Part shown: in pieces, positions 16,163 to 28,452 of the stretch
Layout: each line of letters opens with the position of its first letter
Numbering within the stretch: the stretch's first letter is position 1
NCBI GenBank assembly: GCA_963728915.1
Contig: CAVSLV010000001.1
Coordinates: 1,376,001 to 1,440,000, forward strand
Source: an uncultured Gemmatimonadales bacterium
Lineage (GTDB): Bacteria; Gemmatimonadota; Gemmatimonadetes; Gemmatimonadales; GWC2-71-9
DNA length: 64,000 nucleotides
Reading direction: 5' to 3'
Made by a program: the position numbers and the translations under genes
Notes under the pieces: generated by a model
The model's database searches: none
What the model was told of the DNA's origin: nothing
The model's input: only the letters and a program-made list of their open reading frames with translations

Positions 16163-19100
16163 TTACTCCTCGCCTTCGGCGGTGGTCCCGAGCGTGACCT
16201 TGAGCCCCAACGCCTGGAGCTCCTTCACCAACACGTTGAAGGACTCGGGAATTCCCGGCTCCGGGAGATTCTGTCCCTTCACAATGGCTTCGTACACCTT
16301 GCTCCGGCCGTTGACGTCGTCCGATTTGACCGTGAGCATTTCCTGGAGGAGGTGCGCGGCGCCGTAGGCTTCCAGCGCCCACACTTCCATTTCACCGAAC
16401 CGCTGTCCGCCGAACTGCGCCTTGCCCGCGAGGGGCTGCTGGGTCACCAGCGAGTACGGCCCGATGGACCTGGCGTGGATCTTGTCGTCCACCAGGTGGG
16501 ACAGCTTGAGCATGTAGATGGTTCCCACCGTCACGTCGCTCTCGAACTCGGTTCCCGAGCGGCCGTCCCGAAGCTTGACCTTTCCGGCCGGCGTGAGACC
16601 GGCGGCGCGAATCAGCTCGTCGGCCGCCTCTCCGATCACCTCGGCCGAGGGACTCGCACCGGCCCGAAGCAGGGCGGCGAGCGCGGGCCGGCCGGCATCC
16701 TCCAGGGCATCAGCGCCTTCCAGCCTGGCGCTGCGCTCCAGCTCGGTGATGAACGCCTTGCCGTTCCCGTTGGTCACGTCGCGATGGAACTTGAGCTCGT
16801 GCTGCCGCTGTCCGCTGTGCCGCGCGGCAAGCTCCCGGGCTCCCTCGAGGAGAAAGCTCTTCACGTCCTGATGCAGCTTCTTGGTCGAGGCGCTGCCCTT
16901 GGCCAGCATCGCCAGCCCGGCCGATTCCAGCGTGGTCCCCGCCGACACCAGTCGGTGCGCATCGGCGATGAGGGTATCGATGACGCTCGAATCGGGCACC
17001 GGCGCACTGGCCGTGAGCTGGAGCGCGTCCGCGGCCCAGCGGAGCCCGGCGATCCGCATCAGCACGCCGATTTCGCCCTCATCGGCGCCGCGGAACACCG
17101 GGGTCTTGGCCTTGAAGCCCAGCATCCGGGCGCACCAGCCCAGGTGGGTCTCGAGGATCTGACCCACGTTCATCCGGCTCGGCACACCCAGGGGATTCAG
17201 CACGATGTCGACGGGGGTCCCGTCGGGGAGGAACGGCATGTCCTCTTCCGGGACGATCCGCGCCACGATCCCCTTGTTGCCGTGACGGCCGGCCATCTTG
17301 TCGCCGACCGAGATCTTCCGCTTCTCGCCCAGGTACACCTTGACGAGCTGGATCACGCCGGGCGGGAGCTCGTCGGGCTGGAGGATCTTGTCGATCTGGT
17401 CCTCCGCCTTTTCCTCGACCCGGGCCCGCTCGCGGGCGGCGGCGTCGATGGTGGCGCGGATCCGGTCGTTGGCGCTTCGATCCTGCACCCGCAGGGTCTT
17501 GAGATCCACATCCGTGAGATCGACCTCGCGCAGCCGCTCGCCGCTCAGCGTCGTCCCGGCCGGGAGGAATTCCTCCACGGTGCCGGCCTTGAGCATCAGG
17601 GCCACGGTCTGTCCTTCGAGCAGGGCGAGCAGCTCGTTGAGCATGACCTCGTTGATCCGGTTCTTCTCGTCGTGTTCGATCCGGCGGACCTCGCCGATCC
17701 GCTCGCCGCGGTCCTTTTCGACCACCTGGTCTTCCACCCGGCTGAAGATCTTGACGTCGATCACGGTGCCCTTCATTCCGGGCGGCACCTTGAGCGAGCT
17801 GTCCTTCACGTCCTTGGCCTTCTCGCCGAAGATCGCGGTGAGGAGCTTCTCCTCGGGGGAAAGCTCGGTCTCTCCTTTCGGGGTGATCTTCCCGACCAGG
17901 ATGTCGCCCGGCTTGACGTGGGCGCCGATCCGGATGATGCCGCGCTCGTCGAGATCCACCAGGGCCTCGTCGGAGACGTTGGGGATTTCCCGGGTGATTT
18001 CTTCCTGGCCCCGCTTGGTGTCGCGGACGTGGAGCTCGAGCTCCTGGATGTGGATGGACGAGTACACGTCGTCCTTGACCAGCCGCTCCGAGAGCACGAT
18101 GGCGTCCTCGAAGTTGTGGCCGTACCAGGGCATGAACGCGACGGTGACGTTGTTGCCGAGGGCGAGCTCGCCCGCCTCGGTGGCGGAGCCGTCGGCGACG
18201 ATCGCGCCCTGGGAGACGTGGTCGCCCTCCTGCACCAGGGGCCGCTGATTGAGCGCGGTGTCCTGGTTGGTCCGCCAGAACTTCTTGATCCGATAGCGAT
18301 CCACCTGGGCCAAGCGCGCCAGGGGCTGCTCGCCCACTGGGGAAGTGCCGTCGCCGCTGTCGATGATCAGCTCGTCGGCGGTGACCCGGGTGACCAGCCC
18401 GCCCCGGCGGGCGGCGATCACCGCGCCGGAATCGCGCGCCACCTTTTCCTCGAGTCCGGTACCCACCACCGGCGCCTCAGGGAAGAGCAGCGGGACCGAC
18501 TGCCGCTGCATGTTGCTGCCCATGAGGGCGCGGTTCGCGTCGTCGTGCTCCAGGAACGGGATCAGGGCCGCGGCGATGGAGACCAGCTGGTCCGGGCTCA
18601 CATCCATGAAGTCGATGCGCGACGAGGGGAGCAGCGGGTAGTCGTCGCCTTTGCGGCAGAGCACCAGCTGGTCCAGGAACTTGCCGTCCGCATCGACCTC
18701 GGCATTGGCCTGGGCGACGGTGAAGCCTTCCTCCTCGCTCGCCGAGAGCCAGCGGATGTCGTCGCCGACCCTGCCGTCTTTCACCACCCGATACGGCGTC
18801 TCGATGAAGCCCAGGTCGTTGATCCGGGCGTAGGTCGAGAGGCTGGTAATGAGTCCGATGTTCGGACCTTCCGGGGTCTCGATCGGGCACATCCGGCCGT
18901 ACTGCGAGTAATGCACGTCGCGAACTTCGAAGCCGGCACGCTCCCGGGTCAGCCCGCCCGGACCCAGCGCGCTCAAGCGCCGCTTGTTGGTCAGCTCGGC
19001 CAGCGGGTTGGTCTGATCCATGAACTGGGAGAGCTGCGACGACCCGAAGAAGGCCTGGATCACCGCGGACACGGTCCGCGCATTGACCAGGTCGTCGAGG

Positions 19101-20614
19101 GAGATCTTCTCCGGATCGGAGTTGATGCTCATCCGCTCCTTCACCAGCCGCGCCATCCGGGAGAGGCCCACCGAGAACTGGTTCGCGATCAGCTCGCCCA
19201 CCGAGCGGATCCGCCGGTTGCCGAGGTGGTCGATGTCATCGGTGTGCCCGCGCCCGTCGTGGAGATCGATCAGGTAGCGGATGATCGCGATGAAATCTTC
19301 CTCGGTCAGCACGGTATGGTTCGGATCGGTCCGGAGGCCGAGCCGCTGGTTGATCTTGTAGCGCCCCACCCGCCCGAGGTCGTACCGCTTCGGGTTGAAG
19401 AAGAGCCGCTGGAGTTGCTGCCGCGCGGTCTCCAGGTTGGGCGCGTCGCCGGGGCGGAGCAGCCCGTAGATCTGGTGCAGCGCGTCGGCCTCGCTCTTGG
19501 TCGGATCCTTGGCGAGGGTGTTCTTGATCAGGGGCGACTCGGCCCGGCCCGGCGGCAAGAGCACGTCCGCCTTGGTCACGCCCATGCCGATCAGCCGCTG
19601 GCGGAGCGCATCGGTGAGCTCCTTGCCCGCGTCGGCGATCACCTCGCCGGTCGCCGGATCGGCCACCGCGAAGGCCAGCACCCAGGGGTGCCGCTCCCGG
19701 GTCGTGGTGGGCTGCTCCTCTTCCCGGAGATCGAGGGTGGTGTAGCCGGCGAAGCACTGCACCGCGGTGATCCCCACGTGGCGCATCGCGTTGACCCGTT
19801 CCACGGTGAGCTCGTCGCCCACGACGCCGAGCGGCGCCGCACCCGGGTCCTCCGGATTCGGCACGTCCGCGGCGAGCAGCGCGCCGATCACCTCGCGGCG
19901 CTCCTGGCGGCCTTCCAGCTTCCCGGTGATGTTCACCGCCTTCGTCGCGAAGAACAGCCGCAGAATGTCGGGGTTGGTTCCATAGCCGAACGCCCGCAGC
20001 AGGGCGGTGGCCGGGAACTTCTTCTTCTTGTCGATGTGCACGTAGATCACATCGTGGATGTCGATGGTGAACTCCACCCAGGATCCCCGGAAGGGGATGA
20101 TCCGGGCCGAAAAGAGCAGCTGCCCGTTGGGGTGGATCTCGTCCTCGAACACCACGCCGGGCGAACGGTGGAGCTGACTCACCACGACCCGTTCGGCGCC
20201 GTTGATCACGAACGTACCCAGCGGGGTCATGATGGGCAGCTCGCCCAGGTAGACCTCCCGCTCGATCTGGTTCTTCAGCCGGCGCTGCCCCTCGACCTCC
20301 TCGAAGACATTGAGGAGCAAGGTGGCCTTGAGCGGCGTGGCATAGGTCATGTCGCGCTCGATGCACTCCTCGACCGAGTATTTGGGGTCGCCCAGCAAAT
20401 AGCTCTTGAAATCGAGCTCGTACTTCCCGTTCACATCCGAGATCGGGAAGAGGTCGCGGAACACCCGTTCCAGCGAAACGTCCTGCCGGGTGCCGGCCAC
20501 ATCGTCCGGGACCAGGAGTGACTGGAAGGCGTTGGTCTGAATGTCGAGCAGGTGCGGCATCGGCATGCCGCTCACCCGCTTGGAGAATGAAATTGAGGGC
20601 TTAGTCTCAGGCAT
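16163..20614 (-). CDS. rpoB: RNA polymerase beta subunit
   Basis: [12 protein letters not shown] and [18 protein letters not shown] motifs; start set at [10 protein letters not shown]. Confidence 0.99.
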   Translation of the reverse strand: MPETKPSISFSKRVSGMPMPHLLDIQTNAFQSLLVPDDVAGTRQDVSLERVFRDLFPISDVNGKYELDFKSYLLGDPKYSVEECIERDMTYATPLKATLLLNVFEEVEGQRRLKNQIEREVYLGELPIMTPLGTFVINGAERVVVSQLHRSPGVVFEDEIHPNGQLLFSARIIPFRGSWVEFTIDIHDVIYVHIDKKKKFPATALLRAFGYGTNPDILRLFFATKAVNITGKLEGRQERREVIGALLAADVPNPEDPGAAPLGVVGDELTVERVNAMRHVGITAVQCFAGYTTLDLREEEQPTTTRERHPWVLAFAVADPATGEVIADAGKELTDALRQRLIGMGVTKADVLLPPGRAESPLIKNTLAKDPTKSEADALHQIYGLLRPGDAPNLETARQQLQRLFFNPKRYDLGRVGRYKINQRLGLRTDPNHTVLTEEDFIAIIRYLIDLHDGRGHTDDIDHLGNRRIRSVGELIANQFSVGLSRMARLVKERMSINSDPEKISLDDLVNARTVSAVIQAFFGSSQLSQFMDQTNPLAELTNKRRLSALGPGGLTRERAGFEVRDVHYSQYGRMCPIETPEGPNIGLITSLSTYARINDLGFIETPYRVVKDGRVGDDIRWLSASEEEGFTVAQANAEVDADGKFLDQLVLCRKGDDYPLLPSSRIDFMDVSPDQLVSIAAALIPFLEHDDANRALMGSNMQRQSVPLLFPEAPVVGTGLEEKVARDSGAVIAARRGGLVTRVTADELIIDSGDGTSPVGEQPLARLAQVDRYRIKKFWRTNQDTALNQRPLVQEGDHVSQGAIVADGSATEAGELALGNNVTVAFMPWYGHNFEDAIVLSERLVKDDVYSSIHIQELELHVRDTKRGQEEITREIPNVSDEALVDLDERGIIRIGAHVKPGDILVGKITPKGETELSPEEKLLTAIFGEKAKDVKDSSLKVPPGMKGTVIDVKIFSRVEDQVVEKDRGERIGEVRRIEHDEKNRINEVMLNELLALLEGQTVALMLKAGTVEEFLPAGTTLSGERLREVDLTDVDLKTLRVQDRSANDRIRATIDAAARERARVEEKAEDQIDKILQPDELPPGVIQLVKVYLGEKRKISVGDKMAGRHGNKGIVARIVPEEDMPFLPDGTPVDIVLNPLGVPSRMNVGQILETHLGWCARMLGFKAKTPVFRGADEGEIGVLMRIAGLRWAADALQLTASAPVPDSSVIDTLIADAHRLVSAGTTLESAGLAMLAKGSASTKKLHQDVKSFLLEGARELAARHSGQRQHELKFHRDVTNGNGKAFITELERSARLEGADALEDAGRPALAALLRAGASPSAEVIGEAADELIRAAGLTPAGKVKLRDGRSGTEFESDVTVGTIYMLKLSHLVDDKIHARSIGPYSLVTQQPLAGKAQFGGQRFGEMEVWALEAYGAAHLLQEMLTVKSDDVNGRSKVYEAIVKGQNLPEPGIPESFNVLVKELQALGLKVTLGTTAEGEE

Positions 20615-20793
20615 CGCGAACCCCGTCAAAAGGCAAAAGGAGGCCGCCGGGGCGGCGTCGGCTCGCAAAAGCGCGACGCGCCCCGGGGCGCTCGGCAGAC
20701 ATCAGGTTTTTTGCAGGCGTCTTGATCATGCCGCCTCACTGAAATAGGGAGTCGTCAGTCGGGCCGACGGAGCGTCGGACCGTCTGTCCGGCC

Positions 20794-21177
20794 CTACTTC
20801 AGCTCGACGACCGCGCCTTGTTCCTCCAGCTTCCGCTTGATTTCCTCGGCCTCGGCCTTGGACGCGCCTTCCTTCACGGACTTGGGCGCGCCGTCCACCA
20901 GATCCTTGGCTTCCTTGAGGCCCAGGGAAGTGACCTCCCGGACCACTTTGATCACCTGGATCTTCTTGGCGCCGGCTTCCTTGAGGATGACCGTAAACTC
21001 GGTCTGCTCCTCGACGGCGGGCGCCGCAGCGCCACCCGCCCCACCCCCAGCCGGGGCGGCCGCCGCCACGACCGAGACGTTGAACTTGGTCTTGAAGGCC
21101 TCGATCAGCTCGGCGAGCTCGATCACGGTCTTCTCCCCGATCGCATCAATGATCTGGTCGTTCGTCATGGTTGCCAT
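20794..21177 (-). CDS. rplL: 50S ribosomal protein L7/L12
   Basis: [10 protein letters not shown]...[14 protein letters not shown]. Confidence 0.98.
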   Translation of the reverse strand: MATMTNDQIIDAIGEKTVIELAELIEAFKTKFNVSVVAAAAPAGGGAGGAAAPAVEEQTEFTVILKEAGAKKIQVIKVVREVTSLGLKEAKDLVDGAPKSVKEGASKAEAEEIKRKLEEQGAVVELK

Positions 21178-21196
21178 CGTGCTTCTTTCCTCTCCT

Positions 21197-21691
21197 TTAA
21201 GAGGCTTCGGACTGACGCTTGTCGTGGAGCGCCTGGAGCGCGCCCACCATTTGATACAGGATGCCGTTCATCGCTCCGGCGAACTGCGCCAGGAGATCGG
21301 CCCGGGGCGGCAGCGCCCCCAGCCGCTTCACGTAGGCGGAATCGACCGGCTTGCCGTCCACCAGCCCGATCCGCACCACCGGCTTCTGGTGTTCCTTGGC
21401 GAAATCGCCGAGCACCTTGGCCGCGGCCAGAGGATCTCCCCCCGCCAGCACGAGGCCGGTCGGTCCGGCGAGGTGGGGGTCAAGCGCGTCGATGCTCTTC
21501 ACGGCCAGGGCGCGCCTGGCCAGGGTGTTCTTGACCACCAGGTACTGCGCGCCCGCGGCGCGGAGCCGGCGCCGCAGCTCGGTGATCTTGCCCACATCGA
21601 GCCCGGTGAAATCGGTCACGTAGATGTTGGGCGAGCCGCCCAGCCGTTCGCTCAGCAAATCGACCGTGGCCTGCCGCTCGGTTTTGCTCAT
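21197..21691 (-). CDS. rplJ: 50S ribosomal protein L10
   Basis: DFTGLDV...LRRRLR...[10 protein letters not shown]; conserved gene position. Confidence 0.97.
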   Translation of the reverse strand: MSKTERQATVDLLSERLGGSPNIYVTDFTGLDVGKITELRRRLRAAGAQYLVVKNTLARRALAVKSIDALDPHLAGPTGLVLAGGDPLAAAKVLGDFAKEHQKPVVRIGLVDGKPVDSAYVKRLGALPPRADLLAQFAGAMNGILYQMVGALQALHDKRQSEAS

Positions 21692-22377
21692 CGGTAGCCT
21701 GCCATGTCGAGCTTGACCCCCGGTCCCATCGTACTGGAGACCGTCGCGGATTTGAGATAGACGCCCTTGGCCGCCGACGGCTTGGCCTTGACGATCGTGT
21801 CCATGAACGCGCCGAGATTCTCGGCGAGCTGCTGCTCGGAGAAGGAGACCTTGCCGATCGGGGCGTGCACGTTCCCGGTCTTGTCGACCCGGAATTCGAT
21901 CTTGCCCGCCTTGATCTCCCGGACCGCGCGGGCCACATCCATCGTCACCGTGCCGGCCTTGGGATTCGGCATGAGTCCGCGGGGACCGAGGATCTTGCCG
22001 AGCTGACCGAGCTGGCCCATCACATCGGGCGTGGCCACGATCACATCGGCATCGAGCCAGCCGTCCTTGAGCTTCTGGACGTACTCGATACCGGCGTAGT
22101 CGGCCCCCGCCGCCTCCGCATCCTTGACCCGATCGCCCTGGGCGATCACCAGGACTTTCACTTTCTTGCCGGTGCCGTGCGGCAGGACCACCGTGCCCCG
22201 GACCACCTGGTCGGCGTGCCGAGGATCGACGCCAAGCCGCACCGCCACGTCCACCGTCTCATCGAATTTCGCGAACGCCGCGCCCTTGACGAGCGCGACG
22301 GCTTCCGCGAGCGAATACACCCTGGTTTGATCGACCCGGGTCGCTGCGGCCTTGAACTTCTTGCCAACCGCCGGCAT
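21688..22377 (-). CDS. rplA: 50S ribosomal protein L1
   Basis: [35 protein letters not shown] and [11 protein letters not shown]. Confidence 0.98.
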   Translation of the reverse strand: MPAVGKKFKAAATRVDQTRVYSLAEAVALVKGAAFAKFDETVDVAVRLGVDPRHADQVVRGTVVLPHGTGKKVKVLVIAQGDRVKDAEAAGADYAGIEYVQKLKDGWLDADVIVATPDVMGQLGQLGKILGPRGLMPNPKAGTVTMDVARAVREIKAGKIEFRVDKTGNVHAPIGKVSFSEQQLAENLGAFMDTIVKAKPSAAKGVYLKSATVSSTMGPGVKLDMAGYR

Positions 22378-22802
22378 CAGTCCGCCACCTCCAATCCCAT
22401 GGAGCGCGCCGTGCCCGCCACCATGCGCATGGCGGATTCGACGTCGGAGGCGTTCAGGTCCGCCATCTTGAGCTCGGCGATCTTCTTGAGCTGGGCCCGG
22501 GTCACCTTGCCGACCTTGGTCCGGTTGGGCTGGGCGCTTCCCTTCTCGATCCCGGCCTCTTTGAGCAGGAGGTTCGCCGCCGGGGGCGTCTTGGTGATGA
22601 AGGTGAAGCTGCGATCCGCGAAGATGGTCACCACCACCGGGATCACCATCCCGGCCTGGGACTGGGTCCGCGCGTTGAACTGCTTGCAGAACTCCATGAT
22701 GTTCACGCCCTGGGGCCCGAGCGCCGTCCCCACGGGGGGAGCGGGGTTGGCCGCGCCAGCGGGACACTGGAGCTTCACGACTGCAACGACCTTTTTCGCC
22801 AT
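22377..22802 (-). CDS. rplK: 50S ribosomal protein L11
   Basis: [15 protein letters not shown]...GTARSMG. Confidence 0.98.
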   Translation of the reverse strand: MAKKVVAVVKLQCPAGAANPAPPVGTALGPQGVNIMEFCKQFNARTQSQAGMVIPVVVTIFADRSFTFITKTPPAANLLLKEAGIEKGSAQPNRTKVGKVTRAQLKKIAELKMADLNASDVESAMRMVAGTARSMGLEVAD

Positions 22803-22871
22803 GCCTCTTCCTCTCTAACGAATTGCCGGCGCATCCGGCCCGGCGCTTCTGCCGCAAATGTCCGTGCGGTC

Positions 22872-22948
22872 GCGGAGGACGGTCGGTGAGGCCGGAGGGG
22901 TCGGAGGGTCGGCTGCCTCCGACCGCACTGACCTCACTGACCGCCCGT
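22872..22948. repeat. Periodic-unit imperfect hairpin between nusG and rplK
   Basis: GGTCGG/GAGG-type units followed by complementary (CACTGACC)-type units. Confidence 0.6.
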
Positions 22949-23491
22949 CTAGTGCCCTCTCAACTGCAAATAATCCAGCTCCACCGTGGTCGGCCTGCCG
23001 AACAACGACACCGACACTTTCACCTTCCCCTTCTCACTCAGCACTTCTTCCACCGTGCCGCTGAAATCGGCGAAGGGCCCTTCAGTAATCTCCACCGCCT
23101 GGCCGACCAGGTAGGGGATCTCCTCCTTCGGGCCGGCGTCGCTCACCTCTTCGGCGATGCCGAGGAGACGATTCACCTCATCCTGCCGGAGCGGCTGGGG
23201 CAGCTTGCCGGGCCCCACGAATTTGATGACCCCCTGGATGCTGTTCACCAGGTGCTGGGCTTCCTGGCTCATGGTGGTTTCGATCAGCACGTAGCCCGGA
23301 TAGAGCTTCCGCTCGACCACCACCTTCTTGCCGTTCTTGATCTCGATCGCTTCCTGAACCGGGACCAGGGCCTGCCTTACCAGCTTCGATTCGGCCGGCC
23401 GGGGATCCTCCTCGATCCGCTTCTGGAGGAGCAGGCGGACCTTGTTCTCATGCCCGGCGGTCGTCTGCACGGCGTACCAGCGATACTCCAT
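22949..23491 (-). CDS. nusG: Transcription factor NusG
   Basis: [20 protein letters not shown] and KOW motif [10 protein letters not shown]...FGRPT. Confidence 0.98.
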   Translation of the reverse strand: MEYRWYAVQTTAGHENKVRLLLQKRIEEDPRPAESKLVRQALVPVQEAIEIKNGKKVVVERKLYPGYVLIETTMSQEAQHLVNSIQGVIKFVGPGKLPQPLRQDEVNRLLGIAEEVSDAGPKEEIPYLVGQAVEITEGPFADFSGTVEEVLSEKGKVKVSVSLFGRPTTVELDYLQLRGH

Positions 23492-23506
23492 GTCGATCTC
23501 CCCGTC

Positions 23507-23752
23507 CTACCGGGTGAGCGCGGCAACGCCGTCGATCAGGATCTTGGTGAGCAGGAGGTCGACCAACCCGAGCACGATTCCGATGACCAGCGTCAGGATG
23601 CAGACCATCCGGGTCGCCTTGATCAGCTCCTGCTGGGTGGGCCAGGATACCTTCCCGAGCTCGGCGCGCACCGAGACCAGGAAATCGCGCCCCCGGCGGA
23701 TCGCCCCGACCAATCCTCCACGCCGGTCGGAGACCTGGACCTGCTCGCTCAC
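23507..23752 (-). CDS. secE: Preprotein translocase subunit SecE
   Basis: ELGKVSWPT motif plus one TM helix; GTG start overlaps the rpmG stop. Confidence 0.93.
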   Translation of the reverse strand: MSEQVQVSDRRGGLVGAIRRGRDFLVSVRAELGKVSWPTQQELIKATRMVCILTLVIGIVLGLVDLLLTKILIDGVAALTR

Positions 23753-23901
23753 TTCGACTCCTTGTGCAGCACGTGCTTGCCGCAGCGGGGACAGAATTTC
23801 TTCCATTCCACCCGCTCCGGATGGACCCGCCGATTCTTGTCGCTGAAGTAGTTCCGACTCTTACAGTCGGTGCACTCCATGATGATTTTTTCTCGCGGCA
23901 T
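23749..23901 (-). CDS. rpmG: 50S ribosomal protein L33 (Zn-binding C+ type); not in the ORF track
   Basis: Manual translation: [50 protein letters not shown]. Confidence 0.95.
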   Translation of the reverse strand: MPREKIIMECTDCKSRNYFSDKNRRVHPERVEWKKFCPRCGKHVLHKESK

Positions 23902-23910
23902 CTCGTTCCC

Positions 23911-25113
<1,203 letters not shown>

Positions 25114-25130
25114 GTCCTTGATCTCCTAGT

Positions 25131-25220
25131 TCGGTCGGACGGTGGGGACAGTGAGGACGGTCGGACAGACCGCCCCTCCTCCTACCGTCCTCACTATCCT
25201 CACTGTCCTCACCGTCCGTC
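25131..25220. repeat. 9-nt-periodic imperfect hairpin between tRNA-Thr and tuf
   Basis: (GTGAGGACG-like)n arm and complementary (CTGTCCTCA-like)n arm. Confidence 0.75.
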
Positions 25221-25228
25221 TTTCGTCA

Positions 25229-25301
<73 letters not shown>

Positions 25302-25332
25302 GGTCTCAGTCGACCGTCCCACCCTCCGTTCA

Positions 25333-25405
25333 AGCGGGCGACGGGACTCGAACCCGCGACCCTCAGCTTGGAAGGCTGATGCTCTACCAACTGAGCTACA
25401 CCCGC
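25333..25405 (-). tRNA. tRNA-Gly(TCC)
   Basis: GCGGGTGTAGCTCAGTTGGTAGAGCATCAGCCTTCCAAGCTGAGGGTCGCGGGTTCGAGTCCCGTCGCCCGCT. Confidence 0.96.
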
Positions 25406-25409
25406 AATC

Positions 25410-25506
25410 AGACGGAAAGACGGACGGGCGGACTGGCGGACAGTGTTCACTCGGCCTCGCGTCTCTCCTCGTTCTGTCCACCGGTCCGCCTGCCCGCCTG
25501 TCCCCC
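25410..25506. repeat. 8-nt-periodic imperfect hairpin between tRNA-Tyr and tRNA-Gly
   Basis: (GGCGGAC.)n arm and (GTCCGCC.)n arm. Confidence 0.7.
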
Positions 25507-25511
25507 TGCAA

Positions 25512-25595
25512 TGGTGGGGGTAGGATTCGAACCTACGTAGGGCAGAGCCCGGCAGATTTACAGTCTGCTGCCATTAGCCACTCGGCCACCCCACC
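25512..25595 (-). tRNA. tRNA-Tyr(GTA)
   Basis: GGTGGGGTGGCCGAGTGGCTAATGGCAGCAGACTGTAAATCTGCC...GTAGGTTCGAATCCTACCCCCACCA, with a long variable arm. Confidence 0.96.
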
Positions 25596-25678
25596 GCGAT
25601 CTGCTCGCGCAGCCGGGGACACGGAACCCCGCTCATGGAAGCCGGGGTTCCGAACGCACTCTGCGCCTCCTGCGACAT

Positions 25679-25755
25679 TGGAGCTGACGGAGGGAATCGA
25701 ACCCTCAACCTGCGGTTTACAAAACCGCTGCTCTAGCCAATTGAGCTACGTCAGC
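25679..25755 (-). tRNA. tRNA-Thr(TGT), CCA encoded
   Basis: GCTGACGTAGCTCAATTGGCTAGAGCAGCGGTTTTGTAAACCGCAGGTTGAGGGTTCGATTCCCTCCGTCAGCTCCA. Confidence 0.96.
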
Positions 25756-25784
25756 CAAAAGTCCGCAGATTATGACAGACTCGC

Positions 25785-25813
25785 AACTTAGCCTGCGTGT
25801 GGGATAGAGTCAA
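25785..25813 (-). promoter_or_regulatory. Putative sigma70 promoter of the tRNA-tuf operon
   Basis: Minus strand TTGACT-17 bp-TAAGTT. Confidence 0.65.
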
Positions 25814-25834
25814 CGCGGGGGTATCGGGCCCGGA

Positions 25835-26827
25835 TTACCCTGCCTTGTTCCCACCCTTTTCGCGCTTCCGACGCCGGAGGGACCGGACCTCTCGAACCAG
25901 CAGGAGGGGGACGGCAAGCAGGAGGGGGAGGGCGAAATAGATGGCCCGGTAAAGAATCAGGGCCCCGAAGATACCCGTCACCTGACCGGATTCCTGTCGC
26001 AGACTGACCACCACGGCCTCAAAAACACCGATTCCGCCGGGAAGCTGCGAAACCAGACCGGCGATCTCTCCCAGCAGAAAGGCCTCGATATACCGAAGGA
26101 ACCCTGCGGGAATAGAGCCAGGAAGCAACGCGAAGAGGCAGAGGCCCGAAAAGCACCAATCCACCATGGAAATCCCGATCCGAAGAAGCCCCTGCCTGAG
26201 GGTGGTGGGCTGAATCCGATGCTTCCCCACCTGGATCACCGGTTTCCCGTAGGCCGACCAGACCAGAAACGCAGCCACCAGCGAGAGGCAGGCAACCCCG
26301 AGCAGCGCGGTGGAATCGAGGGGAAGAGGAATCGGGACCCCGGAAAGCGATCTTGGGACCAGGACAAAAGCCAAGCCGGTCGCGGTGAGAAGGCCGATGG
26401 CATAGGTCACCGTGTTGAATCCGACCAGCTCGGGGACCCGGCGGGTTGCATCCGAGTCGCTCGCATAGAAGCGGGATCGCACCGCGGCGCCGGAGACCAC
26501 GGCAAAGGGGAGCGAATTGGCGAAGGCGAACGCGGCGAACCCGGCGAAGACGGCTCGGCGCTTGGGAACCGGGATGTTCAAGACGCGAATTGCGATCAGG
26601 TCATGGGCAATCAAACTGGCATAGCTGATCGAGGCAGCAAGGAAGGCAAGACCAATCCGGATCGGCGAAGTCCGGCTCAGCTCATGGACGACCTCCCGCC
26701 AGGCGTGGTGCCCCAACTCCTTCCGGAGCACCAGGAACGCGCCGACCAGAAGCGCCACGCCGACCAGTCCGCCCAGCACCCTCAACCCGAACCGCAGGCG
26801 CCGGCGCCAGGGCTCCCTCAATGGCAC
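25835..26827 (-). CDS. Lysylphosphatidylglycerol synthase TM-domain protein (MprF N-terminal/UPF0104-like), without a synthase domain
   Basis: Multiple TM helices; PGGIGVFEA and LYRAIYFALPL motifs. Confidence 0.8.
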   Translation of the reverse strand: MPLREPWRRRLRFGLRVLGGLVGVALLVGAFLVLRKELGHHAWREVVHELSRTSPIRIGLAFLAASISYASLIAHDLIAIRVLNIPVPKRRAVFAGFAAFAFANSLPFAVVSGAAVRSRFYASDSDATRRVPELVGFNTVTYAIGLLTATGLAFVLVPRSLSGVPIPLPLDSTALLGVACLSLVAAFLVWSAYGKPVIQVGKHRIQPTTLRQGLLRIGISMVDWCFSGLCLFALLPGSIPAGFLRYIEAFLLGEIAGLVSQLPGGIGVFEAVVVSLRQESGQVTGIFGALILYRAIYFALPLLLAVPLLLVREVRSLRRRKREKGGNKAG

Positions 26828-26830
26828 GAT

Positions 26831-28354
26831 TCAACTTTTTCTGACGACTTCGACCGCGCCATCCTTCCGGTCCCGGACCTCCCACCCGTGCGACTGGAGC
26901 AGCGCGCGGATCCGGTCCGCTTCGGCAAAGTCGCGGCGGGACTTCGCGGTGAGGCGGAGCCGAGCCCAGTCTTCGGCCCAGCGTTCCTGTGCGGCGGACT
27001 CGGAAGGCGGAAGTTCGGGGAGGTTTCGCGGGGGAATCTGAAACGTGATCGTGTCGCTGAGCTTGACCTCACTCCGAAGCTCGATGGTCTGGGTACGGGT
27101 CGTCGTGGCCAGCACCGCATCGGTTTGTCTCCACGTGGCGAGGGCTCGCCGGCCCGGGAGATGGCCCTCGTCGAGCAGCCGATTGCCCGTGGAGACGAAG
27201 TCGAACACCGCCGCGACCGCCCTCGGGCCGTTCAGGTCGTCATTGAGCGCGGTCGTGAAGTCATTCTCGAGCTGGGCCGCGGCGCGCTGGAATTCTCCTG
27301 AGTCAGCCGACGCCTGGCCGCCGGCCTGCTCCAGCCGCTGGGCAAAGGCGCCGAGCCGGCGGGCCCCTTCACGGGCCGCGGCCAGCGCTTCGTCGGTAAG
27401 ATCCAGTTTCTGCCGGTAGTGGGTCTGAGAGATCAGGAGGCGAATCGCGCCCGCGTCGACGCCATCCTCCCGTAAATCGCGCGCGGTGGTGATGTTGCCG
27501 AACCGCTTCGACATCTTGGTCCCGCGCACACTCAAAAACTCCCCGTGCAGCCAGAACCGTGCGAACTCCGGCTCCCCGGTGAACGCACAGGACTGGGCGA
27601 TCTCGTCCTCGTGGTGAGGAAAGATCAGGTCCACCCCACCGGTGTGGATGTCCAGCACGTGGATTCCGAAGCGCCGATGGATGAGGTCGAGCGCCATGGC
27701 GGAACACTCGAGATGCCAGCCCGGGCGGCCTCGACCGAACGGAGCATCCCACGCGGCGCGGGCCGCCTCATCCTCGGGACGAGCCGCCTTCCAGAGAACG
27801 AAGTCCTGGGCGTGTTCCTTGGTGTACTCGTCGCTGGTTACCCGGCCTCCCGCGCCGGCCTTGAGCTCCCGCCGGTCGAGCTGCGACAGCCGCCCGTAGG
27901 CGGGGAACTTCGCGATCGAGTAGTAGACCGAGCCGTCTTCCCCCCGATACGCGGTGCCGTTCTTCAGCAATCCCTCGACCAGCCGGATCATCGGAGCGAT
28001 GAACTCGGTGGCACGGGGGTAATCGTGGGCCGGCCGGAGCCGGAGATAGTCCCGATCCTCGAAGAAGGCGGTGATGAACGGTGAGACCAGCTCCTCGACG
28101 GTGATCCCCCGGCGGGCGGACTCCTTGATGATGCGGTCATCCACGTCGGTCAGGTTCATGATGTGGTAGACGTCGTAGCCGCTTGCTTCAAGCCACCGGC
28201 GCAGGAGGTCGACGAACAGAAACGTCCGGAAGTTGCCGATATGGGCGTAATTCCAGACGGTGGGACCGCAGGAGTACAGGGTCACCCGGGGAGAGGCGAT
28301 CGGAGCGAACGGCTCGATGCGGCGAGTGAGGGTGTTGTAGAGTTGGAGGCCCAT
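26831..28354 (-). CDS. cysS: Cysteine--tRNA ligase
   Basis: CGPTV..YAHIGN, GRPGWHLECSAM, DLIFPHHEDE and KMSK motifs. Confidence 0.97.
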   Translation of the reverse strand: MGLQLYNTLTRRIEPFAPIASPRVTLYSCGPTVWNYAHIGNFRTFLFVDLLRRWLEASGYDVYHIMNLTDVDDRIIKESARRGITVEELVSPFITAFFEDRDYLRLRPAHDYPRATEFIAPMIRLVEGLLKNGTAYRGEDGSVYYSIAKFPAYGRLSQLDRRELKAGAGGRVTSDEYTKEHAQDFVLWKAARPEDEAARAAWDAPFGRGRPGWHLECSAMALDLIHRRFGIHVLDIHTGGVDLIFPHHEDEIAQSCAFTGEPEFARFWLHGEFLSVRGTKMSKRFGNITTARDLREDGVDAGAIRLLISQTHYRQKLDLTDEALAAAREGARRLGAFAQRLEQAGGQASADSGEFQRAAAQLENDFTTALNDDLNGPRAVAAVFDFVSTGNRLLDEGHLPGRRALATWRQTDAVLATTTRTQTIELRSEVKLSDTITFQIPPRNLPELPPSESAAQERWAEDWARLRLTAKSRRDFAEADRIRALLQSHGWEVRDRKDGAVEVVRKS

Positions 28355-28371
28355 AGAGCGGGAAACGTAAA

Positions 28372-28452
28372 CGGGCGGACGGGCGGACTGGCGGATAGCA
28401 ACAGGCGGACAGGACTCTCCTGTCCGCCTTTCCGCCTGTCCGCCTGTCCGCC
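28372..28452. repeat. 8-nt-periodic hairpin (probable terminator of hsp20)
   Basis: (GGCGGAC.)x4, then loop, then (TGTCCGCC)x4; the arms are complementary. Confidence 0.8.

Noticed and set aside
25596..25678. Hairpin GGAACCCC...GGGGTTCC between tRNAs as an extra RNA gene
   Set aside because: No cloverleaf or T-loop; probably just spacer structure
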